From: Thermodesulfobacteriota bacterium
GTDB taxonomy: Bacteria; Desulfobacterota_D; UBA1144; Nemesobacterales; N074bin48
NCBI GenBank assembly: GCA_041572575.1
Contig: JBFFSH010000087.1
Location: 1-10,289, forward strand
Reading direction: 5' to 3'
DNA: 10,289 nucleotides
In this document: positions 1-7,810 of the stretch, one piece after another
Numbering within the stretch: position 1 is the first letter of the stretch
How the letters are laid out: each line of letters begins with the position of its first letter
Notes under the pieces: model-generated
Told to the model about the DNA's origin: nothing
The model's database searches: none
The model's input: the letters and a program-made list of their open reading frames with translations, nothing else
Made by a program: the position numbers and the translations under genes

Positions 1-1020
1 AATATTTTTATTGTTACTGTTTATCAACTCTATTCTTTTAAACCAATCCAACAACTTACAAATTCTTATAAATCTTAAATCACAAACATTATTTCCATTA
101 TAATAAACCTTATTTTGTTTTGACTCCGTATGTATAAACGCCATATACAATACCCACATCTGAAAGCTGAATGTTTCTACATTTATAAACATGAAAATCA
201 TAGAGTGAAATATCAGACCCACAAAGATAGCAAATCTTCTGAGTCTTGGAATCCATATAGCAAATGCAAGAAACCCTTCAGTAATAACAGTTAAAGGGCC
301 TAGTAATTTCCAAAAGTGTATTTTATAATCTGAAAGAAATCCGACCGAAAAGATAGAATCTATTAAATTAACCAAATAACCGCTAACAGTACCCTGCTGA
401 TAATATAAATAAGTAAGCTCACCGGTTAACCAGCCATGATTGCACTTATGCAGGAAACTGAACAGATATACAATGCTGATTAGGACCTGAAGTAGTCTTA
501 TCGGCAGATATTTTATATTACCATCCTTTTCTTTATTCAATCCCAGATAAGAATCCATACTGTAGTGCATATAACAATTTGAAAACCCAAGAATGTATAA
601 AACTATCACAATAAGGAATACATGGTGGTGGTAGTTATGCTGGCTGATTAAAAACAAATAGGTATAAATAATCGCTAATACTGGCCCAACATATCTTGTA
701 AATAGCCCAATAGTAAATAGTACTGCCAGAATGATTATAATTATTTCAATATTTTGATACTGCGTAAACGAAGGTACAGGAAGCCACTCAAAACCGGGTA
801 CCGCATTTCTGAATCCCTCAATATGAAATAATCCGGTATCATAAAGCGTAAATTTTGGAATAATAATATTTACCACTCCTTCTCTAAGCAGTGGAATAAA
901 AAATGTTAATTTTACAAGAAATACCAATCCGAAAAATATTCTTATAAGACAAAAACTCTCTCTTGATTTTTCTTCAAACCAATATTTATTCCATGCAGAT
1001 AATAGGCAATTATTATTCAT
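1..1020 (-). CDS. HTTM-domain (vitamin K-dependent gamma-carboxylase-like) membrane protein with C-terminal DCC1/DUF393-like region; runs off the window at its 3' end
   Basis: Not in the ORF track. Hand translation from ATG at 1020 is open to position 1: MNNNCLLSAWNKYWFEEKSRESFCLIRIFFGLVFL...LFTIGLFTRY...SQHNYHHHVFL...HYSMDS...LPIRLLQVLISIVYLFSFLHKCNHGWLTG...TEGFLAFAIWIPRLRRFAIFVGLIFHSMI...FSFQM...KVYYNGNNVCDLRFIRICKLLDWFKRIELI. Several TM stretches and the motifs RIxFG, GLFTR, SxD, Y-x6-K-x4-W-x2-G and FH are typical of HTTM proteins. Confidence 0.85.
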   Translation of the reverse strand, partial: MNNNCLLSAWNKYWFEEKSRESFCLIRIFFGLVFLVKLTFFIPLLREGVVNIIIPKFTLYDTGLFHIEGFRNAVPGFEWLPVPSFTQYQNIEIIIIILAVLFTIGLFTRYVGPVLAIIYTYLFLISQHNYHHHVFLIVIVLYILGFSNCYMHYSMDSYLGLNKEKDGNIKYLPIRLLQVLISIVYLFSFLHKCNHGWLTGELTYLYYQQGTVSGYLVNLIDSIFSVGFLSDYKIHFWKLLGPLTVITEGFLAFAIWIPRLRRFAIFVGLIFHSMIFMFINVETFSFQMWVLYMAFIHTESKQNKVYYNGNNVCDLRFIRICKLLDWFKRIELINSNNKNI

Positions 1021-1032
1021 TGGGTTCAAATA

Positions 1033-1476
1033 TTACGGATATGATAATTCTATAAGAGTTGCCTGTTCCTTGGAAAACCTGTGATTAAAGTTCTTGTTAA
1101 TAACATAGTACAACTCTGCTCTAAAAGTCTTTATCTCTTCATCATTTTTATTCCTGTATAGATATTTCAAATAATTTTCAACTGAATGTTTTATAAAACC
1201 AGTGGAATATCTTGTAGAACCAATGTGTCTGATTTGATTTGCTAAGCCTATGAGTTCATTACCAGGTTTATATTCATGAGTTGAACCGTCTTTCTTAATA
1301 TAACTATACTTTATTACATAATTAGCTTGTTTTGAAAAAGTTCCCCATCCATATCTATTATCATCTGTTATTAGTGATCTAATTCCAAGAGATAATAATA
1401 GCGTTAACATAATTACAATTGGTATATTCCAATACCATTTTATATCACTGTATTTTTGGCAAGAGTTTTTGTTCAT
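1033..1476 (-). CDS. Hypothetical membrane-anchored protein; likely partner of the HTTM protein
   Basis: 147-aa ORF with one N-terminal TM helix followed by RYGWGTF. It ends 12 bp before the HTTM start codon, consistent with an operon. Start codon uncertain. Confidence 0.65.
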   Translation of the reverse strand: MNKNSCQKYSDIKWYWNIPIVIMLTLLLSLGIRSLITDDNRYGWGTFSKQANYVIKYSYIKKDGSTHEYKPGNELIGLANQIRHIGSTRYSTGFIKHSVENYLKYLYRNKNDEEIKTFRAELYYVINKNFNHRFSKEQATLIELSYP

Positions 1477-1525
1477 CTCGTATATTTGTATATATTAAAC
1501 AGATTTAATTTTACAAGGAGCAAGT

Positions 1526-3334
1526 ATGAAATCTAAATATATATCATTACTATTTCTAACTCTAGCGATATTAACCTTTTATACAAATTCGTCTCGTGCG
1601 CAATATGTATGGTTCGATGACATTAAAGAATATAAGCAGCTTGATCAGAAAAAATCCGACGGACTATCCAAATCAATCTATCAGGCCATAAAATCAAGAT
1701 CAAAGCTAACTCTGGACAGTATTGATCTTAAAAAACATGATTATCCGAATATCGTATTTATATCCGCCAGTGATTCAATTACTCCTGCTCATGTAGGATA
1801 TGGTTCTGCAAATAATCTTATAAATGCTCTAAATAACGCACTTGATAATCTATATAATACTGTGCCGAAAGACTTTGATTTAAAATGGCTCAAAGTTGAT
1901 ATAGTTAAAGATTATAATAGGATTGATAATTTTAGCTTTAGAAAACCAATAACAATAGATCATACTTTATATGGAATAGCATTTAATCAAGCCTCAGGCA
2001 TAGCGCTAATTCCAGAGGAAGTTAACTCTGCAGTGATTATAACAAACGGGGTCATAAATAAGTATGTCCTTGCAAGTTATCTTCATGGAAAAGACCACAG
2101 ATATCTTGACTATAGCAGTTTGGATTACTGGGGAAATAACACTCTTTATAGCTTTTCTACTGACAGTTATTTTTATGATGGGAATATTGGCTACAAGCTT
2201 TTTAGAGGACATCGAGCAGATTTAGAATTAGATACAGAGACACTTCATACATCAGCAAGACTTGCGGGCAAGTACCTGCTAAATGCAATTCAGCCTGATG
2301 GAAGCTATATATACAGATATCACCCCGAGGCTGATCTCTCAGCTAACGACTACAATATTTTACGGCATGCGGGTTCTACATATTCGCTACTAGAACTATT
2401 TGAACACTCCGGCAACGAATCAGTACTTGAAAAAGCAAAACTCGCTATTGATTATTTAAAAACATTTACAAGAGAGTGCAGATTAGAAGGTACACCTTAT
2501 CTTTGTGTAATTGATGAACAGCCTGGCCATCTTGTAAAATTGGGGGGAAATGGACTTGCTTCAGCTGTATTAGCAAAATATATCCAGCTTACTGAAGATA
2601 AATCCGAGCTCGAATATCTAAACGGCGTAAACAGCTATATTCTCAATGCTATTAAAGAAGACGGCAGCTTCTACCCTCATATCGTTGAATTCTTTACAGG
2701 AAATGTATCAGAAAGCACATCGGATTACTATCCTGGAGAGGCCATACTTGGTCTATTATTAAGTTATGAATTAACTAATGACAAAAAACTTCTGGACGGT
2801 GCTATCAAGGCTTCGGATTATTTAATTAAGGTTAGAGACAAGGGTAATACTGTGGATAATATAAATCACGATCACTGGCTTGTTTATGCACTAAGCAGGT
2901 TATATAAGTACAAACCAGATGAATTATATCTAAATCACATATTCAAAATAACTGATGCAATTGTAAAATCTCAAAATAATGATTCTAAAATCTCAGATAT
3001 AAATGGTAGTTATTATGATATTCCAAGGTCTACACCAGCAGCAACAAGATCAGAGGCTCTATTTACTGCTTATAATATCGCCAAGGAAACTGGTAACAAT
3101 AAAAAAGCAGATATTTATCTCAGTACACTTAAAAAAACTGTTCTTTTCCAATTATACAATCAGTATATGCCCGAATCGTCAATGTATATGGCTGACCCTC
3201 AGCAAACAATAGGAGGTTTTAGGGGTGGTTATTATAACTCGGAAATACAAAATGATTATATACAGCACAATCTCTCAAGCATTTTAGGACTACTTAAGAT
3301 AATGGAACAGGACAAACAAAAAAGCCGGAACTAA
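1526..3334 (+). CDS. Exported protein with a six-hairpin glycosidase-like (alpha/alpha toroid) C-terminal domain; function unknown
   Basis: 602-aa ORF, SD AAGGAG at 1515-1520, signal peptide ending SRA-Q. Motifs YNILRHAG, KLGGNGLA, SDYYPGEA, DHW, RSTPAATRSE and GGFR...IQNDYIQH match a conserved family I recall as variably annotated; not searched. Confidence 0.7.
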   Translation: MKSKYISLLFLTLAILTFYTNSSRAQYVWFDDIKEYKQLDQKKSDGLSKSIYQAIKSRSKLTLDSIDLKKHDYPNIVFISASDSITPAHVGYGSANNLINALNNALDNLYNTVPKDFDLKWLKVDIVKDYNRIDNFSFRKPITIDHTLYGIAFNQASGIALIPEEVNSAVIITNGVINKYVLASYLHGKDHRYLDYSSLDYWGNNTLYSFSTDSYFYDGNIGYKLFRGHRADLELDTETLHTSARLAGKYLLNAIQPDGSYIYRYHPEADLSANDYNILRHAGSTYSLLELFEHSGNESVLEKAKLAIDYLKTFTRECRLEGTPYLCVIDEQPGHLVKLGGNGLASAVLAKYIQLTEDKSELEYLNGVNSYILNAIKEDGSFYPHIVEFFTGNVSESTSDYYPGEAILGLLLSYELTNDKKLLDGAIKASDYLIKVRDKGNTVDNINHDHWLVYALSRLYKYKPDELYLNHIFKITDAIVKSQNNDSKISDINGSYYDIPRSTPAATRSEALFTAYNIAKETGNNKKADIYLSTLKKTVLFQLYNQYMPESSMYMADPQQTIGGFRGGYYNSEIQNDYIQHNLSSILGLLKIMEQDKQKSRN

Positions 3335-3347
3335 GTCCGGCTTTTTT
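3318..3347. terminator. Bidirectional intrinsic terminator between convergent genes
   Basis: AAAAAA-GCCGGA-actaag-TCCGGC-TTTTTT; overlaps the TAA stop (3332-3334) of the + gene. Confidence 0.9.
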
Positions 3348-3368
3348 AATTCTTTTATTATTAATTTT

Positions 3369-4157
3369 TTAGTTTTCTATTATAAACCGCGGTATACAAT
3401 GGGCAACACCAGTCTGGTTTGTCCCATTTCTTGATGTATTCTTTCCACCTCTTTGTCTACCTTCACTAGCCTGCTGATTTAAATGCTTACCACTAAGTTT
3501 AACCCCTATTGGCGGTGGTCCATCTATAAACACAGGTCCTATTAGATCATCATCATCATTGTATAAATCACAATAACCTACGCTAAGCCCATCAAACTCT
3601 ACCGGGCATCTGATTTCATCAACGCCTATAAGACCTGGCTGTGGAGCCTGAATAAAATTACAACCCTCAGGTATTGATGTAATGTTGTCAGAACACTGAA
3701 AATCTAGTTTAGCACCTGTAGAAGCACAAGGGTTTGGGTCATAGAATGAAGAATGAGTATCGTGAACATCAACTTCCCATGCAAGTTTATTAGTAGCACA
3801 CTCTGGGTAATTGATACAACCAACTATTGGACAGTCCATATCATCATTACATGCTTCACCCTCATTGATACCTCCATTACAATCATCATCATCACCTACA
3901 CATTTTGCATTGCTATCACTAACAACAGGAACCGATACATATCCATAACCTGAAATTGACGGACCCGAATCATCATCGTCTCCAGTTACTCCGGGCATTA
4001 ACGCATCAGGAAACCAAGCACATCCATCAACTGTAGGCTGCAAACAAGCAACACCTTCAGGGACTGGTATTGGAGTTGGAGTTGGTGCTCCCCCGGCAAA
4101 TGAATTCTGTATTCCTAAAACAAAAAACAATAGAGGTACTACTAGTAGTTTTTTCAA
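3369..4157 (-). CDS. Secreted Cys/Asp-rich hypothetical protein (paralog A)
   Basis: 262 aa, TTG start with SD GAGGA 7 nt upstream, signal peptide (MKKLLVV...NSFA), PT linker, DDDD runs and one CNGGINEGEACNDDMDCP repeat. Confidence 0.85.
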   Translation of the reverse strand: MKKLLVVPLLFFVLGIQNSFAGGAPTPTPIPVPEGVACLQPTVDGCAWFPDALMPGVTGDDDDSGPSISGYGYVSVPVVSDSNAKCVGDDDDCNGGINEGEACNDDMDCPIVGCINYPECATNKLAWEVDVHDTHSSFYDPNPCASTGAKLDFQCSDNITSIPEGCNFIQAPQPGLIGVDEIRCPVEFDGLSVGYCDLYNDDDDLIGPVFIDGPPPIGVKLSGKHLNQQASEGRQRGGKNTSRNGTNQTGVAHCIPRFIIEN

Positions 4158-4196
4158 TTTTTCATCCTCTTGGATATATATAATAATCTAATTTAG

Positions 4197-4225
4197 ATAT
4201 TAATACTGTAGTATTACTAAGTCAA
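4197..4225 (-). promoter_or_regulatory. Putative sigma70 promoter of paralog A with a palindromic operator in the spacer
   Basis: Minus strand TTGACT (4225-4220)-N17-TAATAT (4202-4197); inverted repeat TAATACT-gt-AGTATTA at 4201-4216. Confidence 0.5.
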
Positions 4226-4240
4226 GAGAATTTTATTGAA

Positions 4241-5926
4241 TTAAATATTCCCTTTCTTGGCCTCAGAAATAATGTAATCAGAGGCTCTCAGTGCAAGTGC
4301 ATGGATAGTAAGAGACGGGCTGTCTCCACCACCCTGCGATACAAAGGGGCTTGAATCGCAGACAAACAGGTTCTTAACATCATGGCTTTGTGAGAACGCG
4401 TTTAGTACTGATTTTTTGGGATCGGTTCCCATTTTTGTAGTACCGCCAATATGAGAAATTAAACTTAGATCATAAGAGCTCAACTCTCTAACAGACTCTT
4501 TTGCTCCGGATGAATCTATAATTTCTCTTGTCTTCTTCTGCATAAAAGAAATCATATCCAGATCATTTGTACTCATTCTGGTCTTGATCTTGGCTACAGG
4601 TATTCCGTAATAATCAGTCTTTGATGAATCAATTGTAATAGTATTTGTCTCACGGGGAATCATCTCGCCGATTGCAAAAATGTTTATTGCATGGCCGAAA
4701 TAGTCATTCATAAACTTCACATGCTCATCTCCCCATGTGGGCGCTATTGTTCTTGCATATCCCAGAGGTCCAAGAAGGTCCATAGCAGACAGTCCAAATA
4801 CTACTCCGCCGTTAAATCCCCTGTCTGCAGAAGTCTTGTTATAGTCATAACTCCTGCTGTCTATTTGAAGACCCTTATAGGACTCAATATCTTCTTCGTA
4901 AATAGCTGTGTTTATATATACAACAGTCTCCATGAAGTTTTTACCCACAAGGCCTGAGCTATTTCCGAGACCGTCTGGAAACTGTGAAGATTTAGAATTT
5001 AGAAGAAGCCTCGGGGTTTCTAATGCTCCGCCTGATACTACTACTATTTTTGATTTTATCCTGTGCTCGGTTTTAGAGTCATCAAGATATATAACTCCGT
5101 CTGCCTTACCTTTAGCATTAACCGTAATCTCTCTCACTGCTGAATTGGATTGTACAGTTACATTGCCAGTAGCCTCTGCTTTAGGTATAAATGTGACATC
5201 CATACTGCCCTTAGCCCTCATCATACATCCAAGAAAACATCCGTTGCAGTAATTGCATGCGGGCCTGCCATCAGCAGGTTTGGATAATATATTCAGTGTA
5301 TTAGGCAGAAGACTTAACCCCAGTTTATCAAAACCCACTTTTACTCTTTTACTAGCACAGCTAAGTTCGTGTGCAGGTTGCGGGAAGGGAATGCGTTTTG
5401 GTTTTTCAGGATTTCCAAGCTGTCCCGAAACATTTAAAATCTTTTCTGCTTTATCATAATAAGGTTCTAAGTCTTTATAAGTTATAGGCCAGTCTTCTCC
5501 AAATCCAAACAGACTATTTGTTTTGAATCCATAATCTGAGAACCTTTGCGCTTCTGCCTGGTAGTGAAGTGTAGTGCCCCCTATCCCTTTTGCCCTCTGT
5601 ACAAATGGTCTTTGTCTGTTGTTAGACCCGTTGTACTGCCCCCTGTACTTTGCCTTTGATCTTAAATGAGAATATTTAAGATTTAGTTTTTCAGTTGGTG
5701 CTGAAGTATATCTTTCTTTTGATCTATTCTTAAAATCTGTAAACGGCTGAGGATATGGGTAATTTTCCCAGTCCTTTTTATTTACATGATACTCTTCTGG
5801 TTTAAATCTTCTGCCTGCTTCTAAAACGATAGTTTTGAAACCGGCTTTTCCCAGCGCATAAGCTGTAGGAGCGCCGCCCGCACCAGAACCTATAATACAG
5901 ACATCATATTCAGTTTGTTTAGCCAT
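4241..5926 (-). CDS. GMC family oxidoreductase (FAD-dependent; gluconate 2-dehydrogenase/glucoside 3-dehydrogenase flavoprotein-like)
   Basis: 561 aa; DVCIIGSGAGG FAD motif, GIGGTTLHY, Cys cluster CNYCNGCFLGC, GGALETPRLLLNS, GLGNSSGLVGKNFM, HIGGTTKMG, NLFVCDSS, PSLTIHALALR. Confidence 0.95.
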   Translation of the reverse strand: MAKQTEYDVCIIGSGAGGAPTAYALGKAGFKTIVLEAGRRFKPEEYHVNKKDWENYPYPQPFTDFKNRSKERYTSAPTEKLNLKYSHLRSKAKYRGQYNGSNNRQRPFVQRAKGIGGTTLHYQAEAQRFSDYGFKTNSLFGFGEDWPITYKDLEPYYDKAEKILNVSGQLGNPEKPKRIPFPQPAHELSCASKRVKVGFDKLGLSLLPNTLNILSKPADGRPACNYCNGCFLGCMMRAKGSMDVTFIPKAEATGNVTVQSNSAVREITVNAKGKADGVIYLDDSKTEHRIKSKIVVVSGGALETPRLLLNSKSSQFPDGLGNSSGLVGKNFMETVVYINTAIYEEDIESYKGLQIDSRSYDYNKTSADRGFNGGVVFGLSAMDLLGPLGYARTIAPTWGDEHVKFMNDYFGHAINIFAIGEMIPRETNTITIDSSKTDYYGIPVAKIKTRMSTNDLDMISFMQKKTREIIDSSGAKESVRELSSYDLSLISHIGGTTKMGTDPKKSVLNAFSQSHDVKNLFVCDSSPFVSQGGGDSPSLTIHALALRASDYIISEAKKGNI

Positions 5927-6457
5927 TTAATAAGTACATTTAGTATAATCAAGATTTCCACCAAACTGTGGAGGACCTTTGTATCCAATAAACTTCCAAC
6001 CCTCAGGGCTTGAATAGAATTCATTCATCACAAAGCTTCTAAGATTATTAAAAAACATTTTGCCGTACCTTATATCAGTCCAGGGTTTGGATGGATCGGG
6101 CTTGTCTAAAGAAACAGTGTTATTTATCGTAAAGTTAATTATTTCCAGCTGCTCAGTTTTGGAAAGCTGCAAAAACTGGGGTTTTTGATAAAGAAGGTTT
6201 GCATTATGGTCAAAGAATTTAATTCCATAATCAATAATCTTTTCAGCATTTTTATTATTTCTAAGATTTTGATCAAGCTTGGACCTGAATGATTCTACAT
6301 TGAGAATGGCAGAATTATTTAGGGGAAGAATTAAATCAATAAACTTTGAAATTACCCGGTCTTTATAAGTTGATTGTCCAAAAGATAGGTTAATAGGGAC
6401 AATAAAGCTTAAAAGTGCTGTAGATGAGATGTATTTTATAAAGTTTCTTCGGTCCAT
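5927..6457 (-). CDS. Gluconate 2-dehydrogenase subunit 3 family protein (Tat-exported small subunit)
   Basis: 176 aa; twin-arginine MDRRNFIK, FIDLILP, FFNNLR...FYSSPEGWKFIGY; its stop directly abuts the GMC start codon. Confidence 0.88.
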   Translation of the reverse strand: MDRRNFIKYISSTALLSFIVPINLSFGQSTYKDRVISKFIDLILPLNNSAILNVESFRSKLDQNLRNNKNAEKIIDYGIKFFDHNANLLYQKPQFLQLSKTEQLEIINFTINNTVSLDKPDPSKPWTDIRYGKMFFNNLRSFVMNEFYSSPEGWKFIGYKGPPQFGGNLDYTKCTY

Positions 6458-6503
6458 TAAATATGAACTATAACAAATTATTTTGTATTACCAAAGATAA
6501 AAT

Positions 6504-6541
6504 AAAAAAGCCGGGCAAATAAAAATATTACCCGGCTTTTT
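6504..6541 (-). terminator. Intrinsic terminator downstream of paralog B (bidirectional shape)
   Basis: + strand AAAAAA-GCCGGG-caaataaaaatatta-CCCGGC-TTTTT. Confidence 0.85.
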
Positions 6542-6574
6542 ATATAAATATTGTTTCAAATTAAATTAATCAGA

Positions 6575-7513
6575 TCATACTTCTGGTACTGTACACAATA
6601 CCGTACCTCTGTCATGACCTTTATCATCATCGTCATTTTTACATCTTCTGCCATTACAGTCTTTACTATCTTCAACCTGACGGTCATGAAGGTTAGAGCT
6701 TTCTGCTATAGTTGCAATTTCCTCATCACATGCACTAATATCGATTTCATCAATTGTTTTTATACATTCAATAGACGCTGCAGTCTGAGTGTCTGCACAG
6801 TCATCATTTACTGTACAGATTTTAAGTGTGTCGTCTGACCCGCCTTCACAAGTGGAGCTCAATGTATCAGGACAATCAACGTCAGATGCACATGCTTGCG
6901 TATCATTTATACCTCCTACACACACCATTGCTACACAAGAAGAATCTCCACAAACACCATCACCACCTATGTCATCACAATCTACATCTGCTGAACAGGC
7001 AATCCCTACAAGACCGGCTGAACATGTAGCTGTTGTGCTTGTTGCATCACAAATACCATCACCACAAACTCCGTCACCTGATGCGTCACTGGTATCACAA
7101 TCCGTATCTGCACTACAAATAGCACCTATATTTCCAGCTGAACATGTTGCAGAAGTAGCAAGAGTGCAAAAATCATCATAATCATCTACAGTGATTTTCA
7201 TATCACCTTCTGCACATGGATTAGTATCATCTGCGTTTGTGTCGTGTGTAGGGTCCACTACTTCAACACCTACGCCAACTGCGGTTGCATCACAGTTATC
7301 AGAAAAAACAACTGAGGATAAATCTGAAGCTGTACTTCCATCAACCAGATAACTAACTGTCACTGTTGCCACTATAGTAGTGTCTCCTGTTTCTTCGTAA
7401 CTACAGCTCATAGATACAGGAGCTACACAGTCGTCTGCCTTTACGGAATTAACTGAAATAAAGATTAAACATGCAAAAATTGAACATAAAAAAGTTGTAA
7501 AAATCTTATACAT
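6575..7513 (-). CDS. Secreted Cys/Asp-rich repeat protein (paralog B), 312 aa
   Basis: Start reassigned from the track's TTG 7528 to ATG 7513, which has SD GGGAGG (7521-7526) 7 nt upstream. Signal peptide MYKIFTT...SVKA; four Cys-rich repeats. Confidence 0.88.
   Translation of the reverse strand: MYKIFTTFLCSIFACLIFISVNSVKADDCVAPVSMSCSYEETGDTTIVATVTVSYLVDGSTASDLSSVVFSDNCDATAVGVGVEVVDPTHDTNADDTNPCAEGDMKITVDDYDDFCTLATSATCSAGNIGAICSADTDCDTSDASGDGVCGDGICDATSTTATCSAGLVGIACSADVDCDDIGGDGVCGDSSCVAMVCVGGINDTQACASDVDCPDTLSSTCEGGSDDTLKICTVNDDCADTQTAASIECIKTIDEIDISACDEEIATIAESSNLHDRQVEDSKDCNGRRCKNDDDDKGHDRGTVLCTVPEV
6797..7168 (-). repeat. Four tandem Cys-rich protein repeats, roughly C-x-[AG]G-x5-6-C-x4-DC
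   Basis: CSAGNIGAICSADTDC, CSAGLVGIACSADVDC, CVGGINDTQACASDVDC, CEGGSDDTLKICTVNDDC. DNA-level copies gctgaacatgt at 7017 and 7137 (120 nt apart); GDGVCGD occurs twice. Confidence 0.85.
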
Positions 7514-7550
7514 TTTAAATCCTCCCAAGATTTAATTTTTTTTAGATATT

Positions 7551-7572
7551 AAATGTGATCCCGATCACATCT
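7551..7572. promoter_or_regulatory. CRP/FNR-family operator (CRP box)
   Basis: AAATGTGATCCCGATCACATCT is TGTGA-N6-TCACA and matches the E. coli CRP consensus AAATGTGATCTAGATCACATTT at 19/22 positions; 38-59 nt upstream of the paralog B ATG. Confidence 0.75.
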
Positions 7573-7617
7573 TTATCTTTTTATTTTTATACTTTTATCA
7601 AATGTAATAAAGGAGAA

Positions 7618-7704
7618 CTACACTTGATAAATTATTGAAGCAAAAGCTGCAAACATAAATGCCGCAGCTAGAACTAATAATGTTAAAACTGTTAATGTAT
7701 TCAT
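7618..7704 (-). CDS. 28-aa hydrophobic small membrane peptide downstream of the riboswitch array
   Basis: Hand translated MNTLTVLTLLVLAAAFMFAAFASIIYQV*; SD-like AGGGGG (7715-7710) 5 nt before ATG; too short for the ORF track. Confidence 0.6.
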   Translation of the reverse strand: MNTLTVLTLLVLAAAFMFAAFASIIYQV

Positions 7705-7810
7705 AAATACCCCCTATCAATCTAGTTTTTAAACATTATTTGAAACAAATAACATTAAGCCCTAAACATCCAGAGGAATATGAACGTTGTGATTCATATA
7801 CTATTTGTCA

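Noticed and set aside
7514..7528. TTG start at 7528 for paralog B as given in the track
   Set aside because: The extra codons are the SD (GGGAGG) of ATG 7513, which gives a normal signal peptide.
7618..7704. 28-aa peptide as precursor for the radical SAM enzyme, or as a Flp pilin
   Set aside because: It is about 2 kb away on the opposite strand with no leader/core pattern, and lacks the prepilin G/xxxxE motif.
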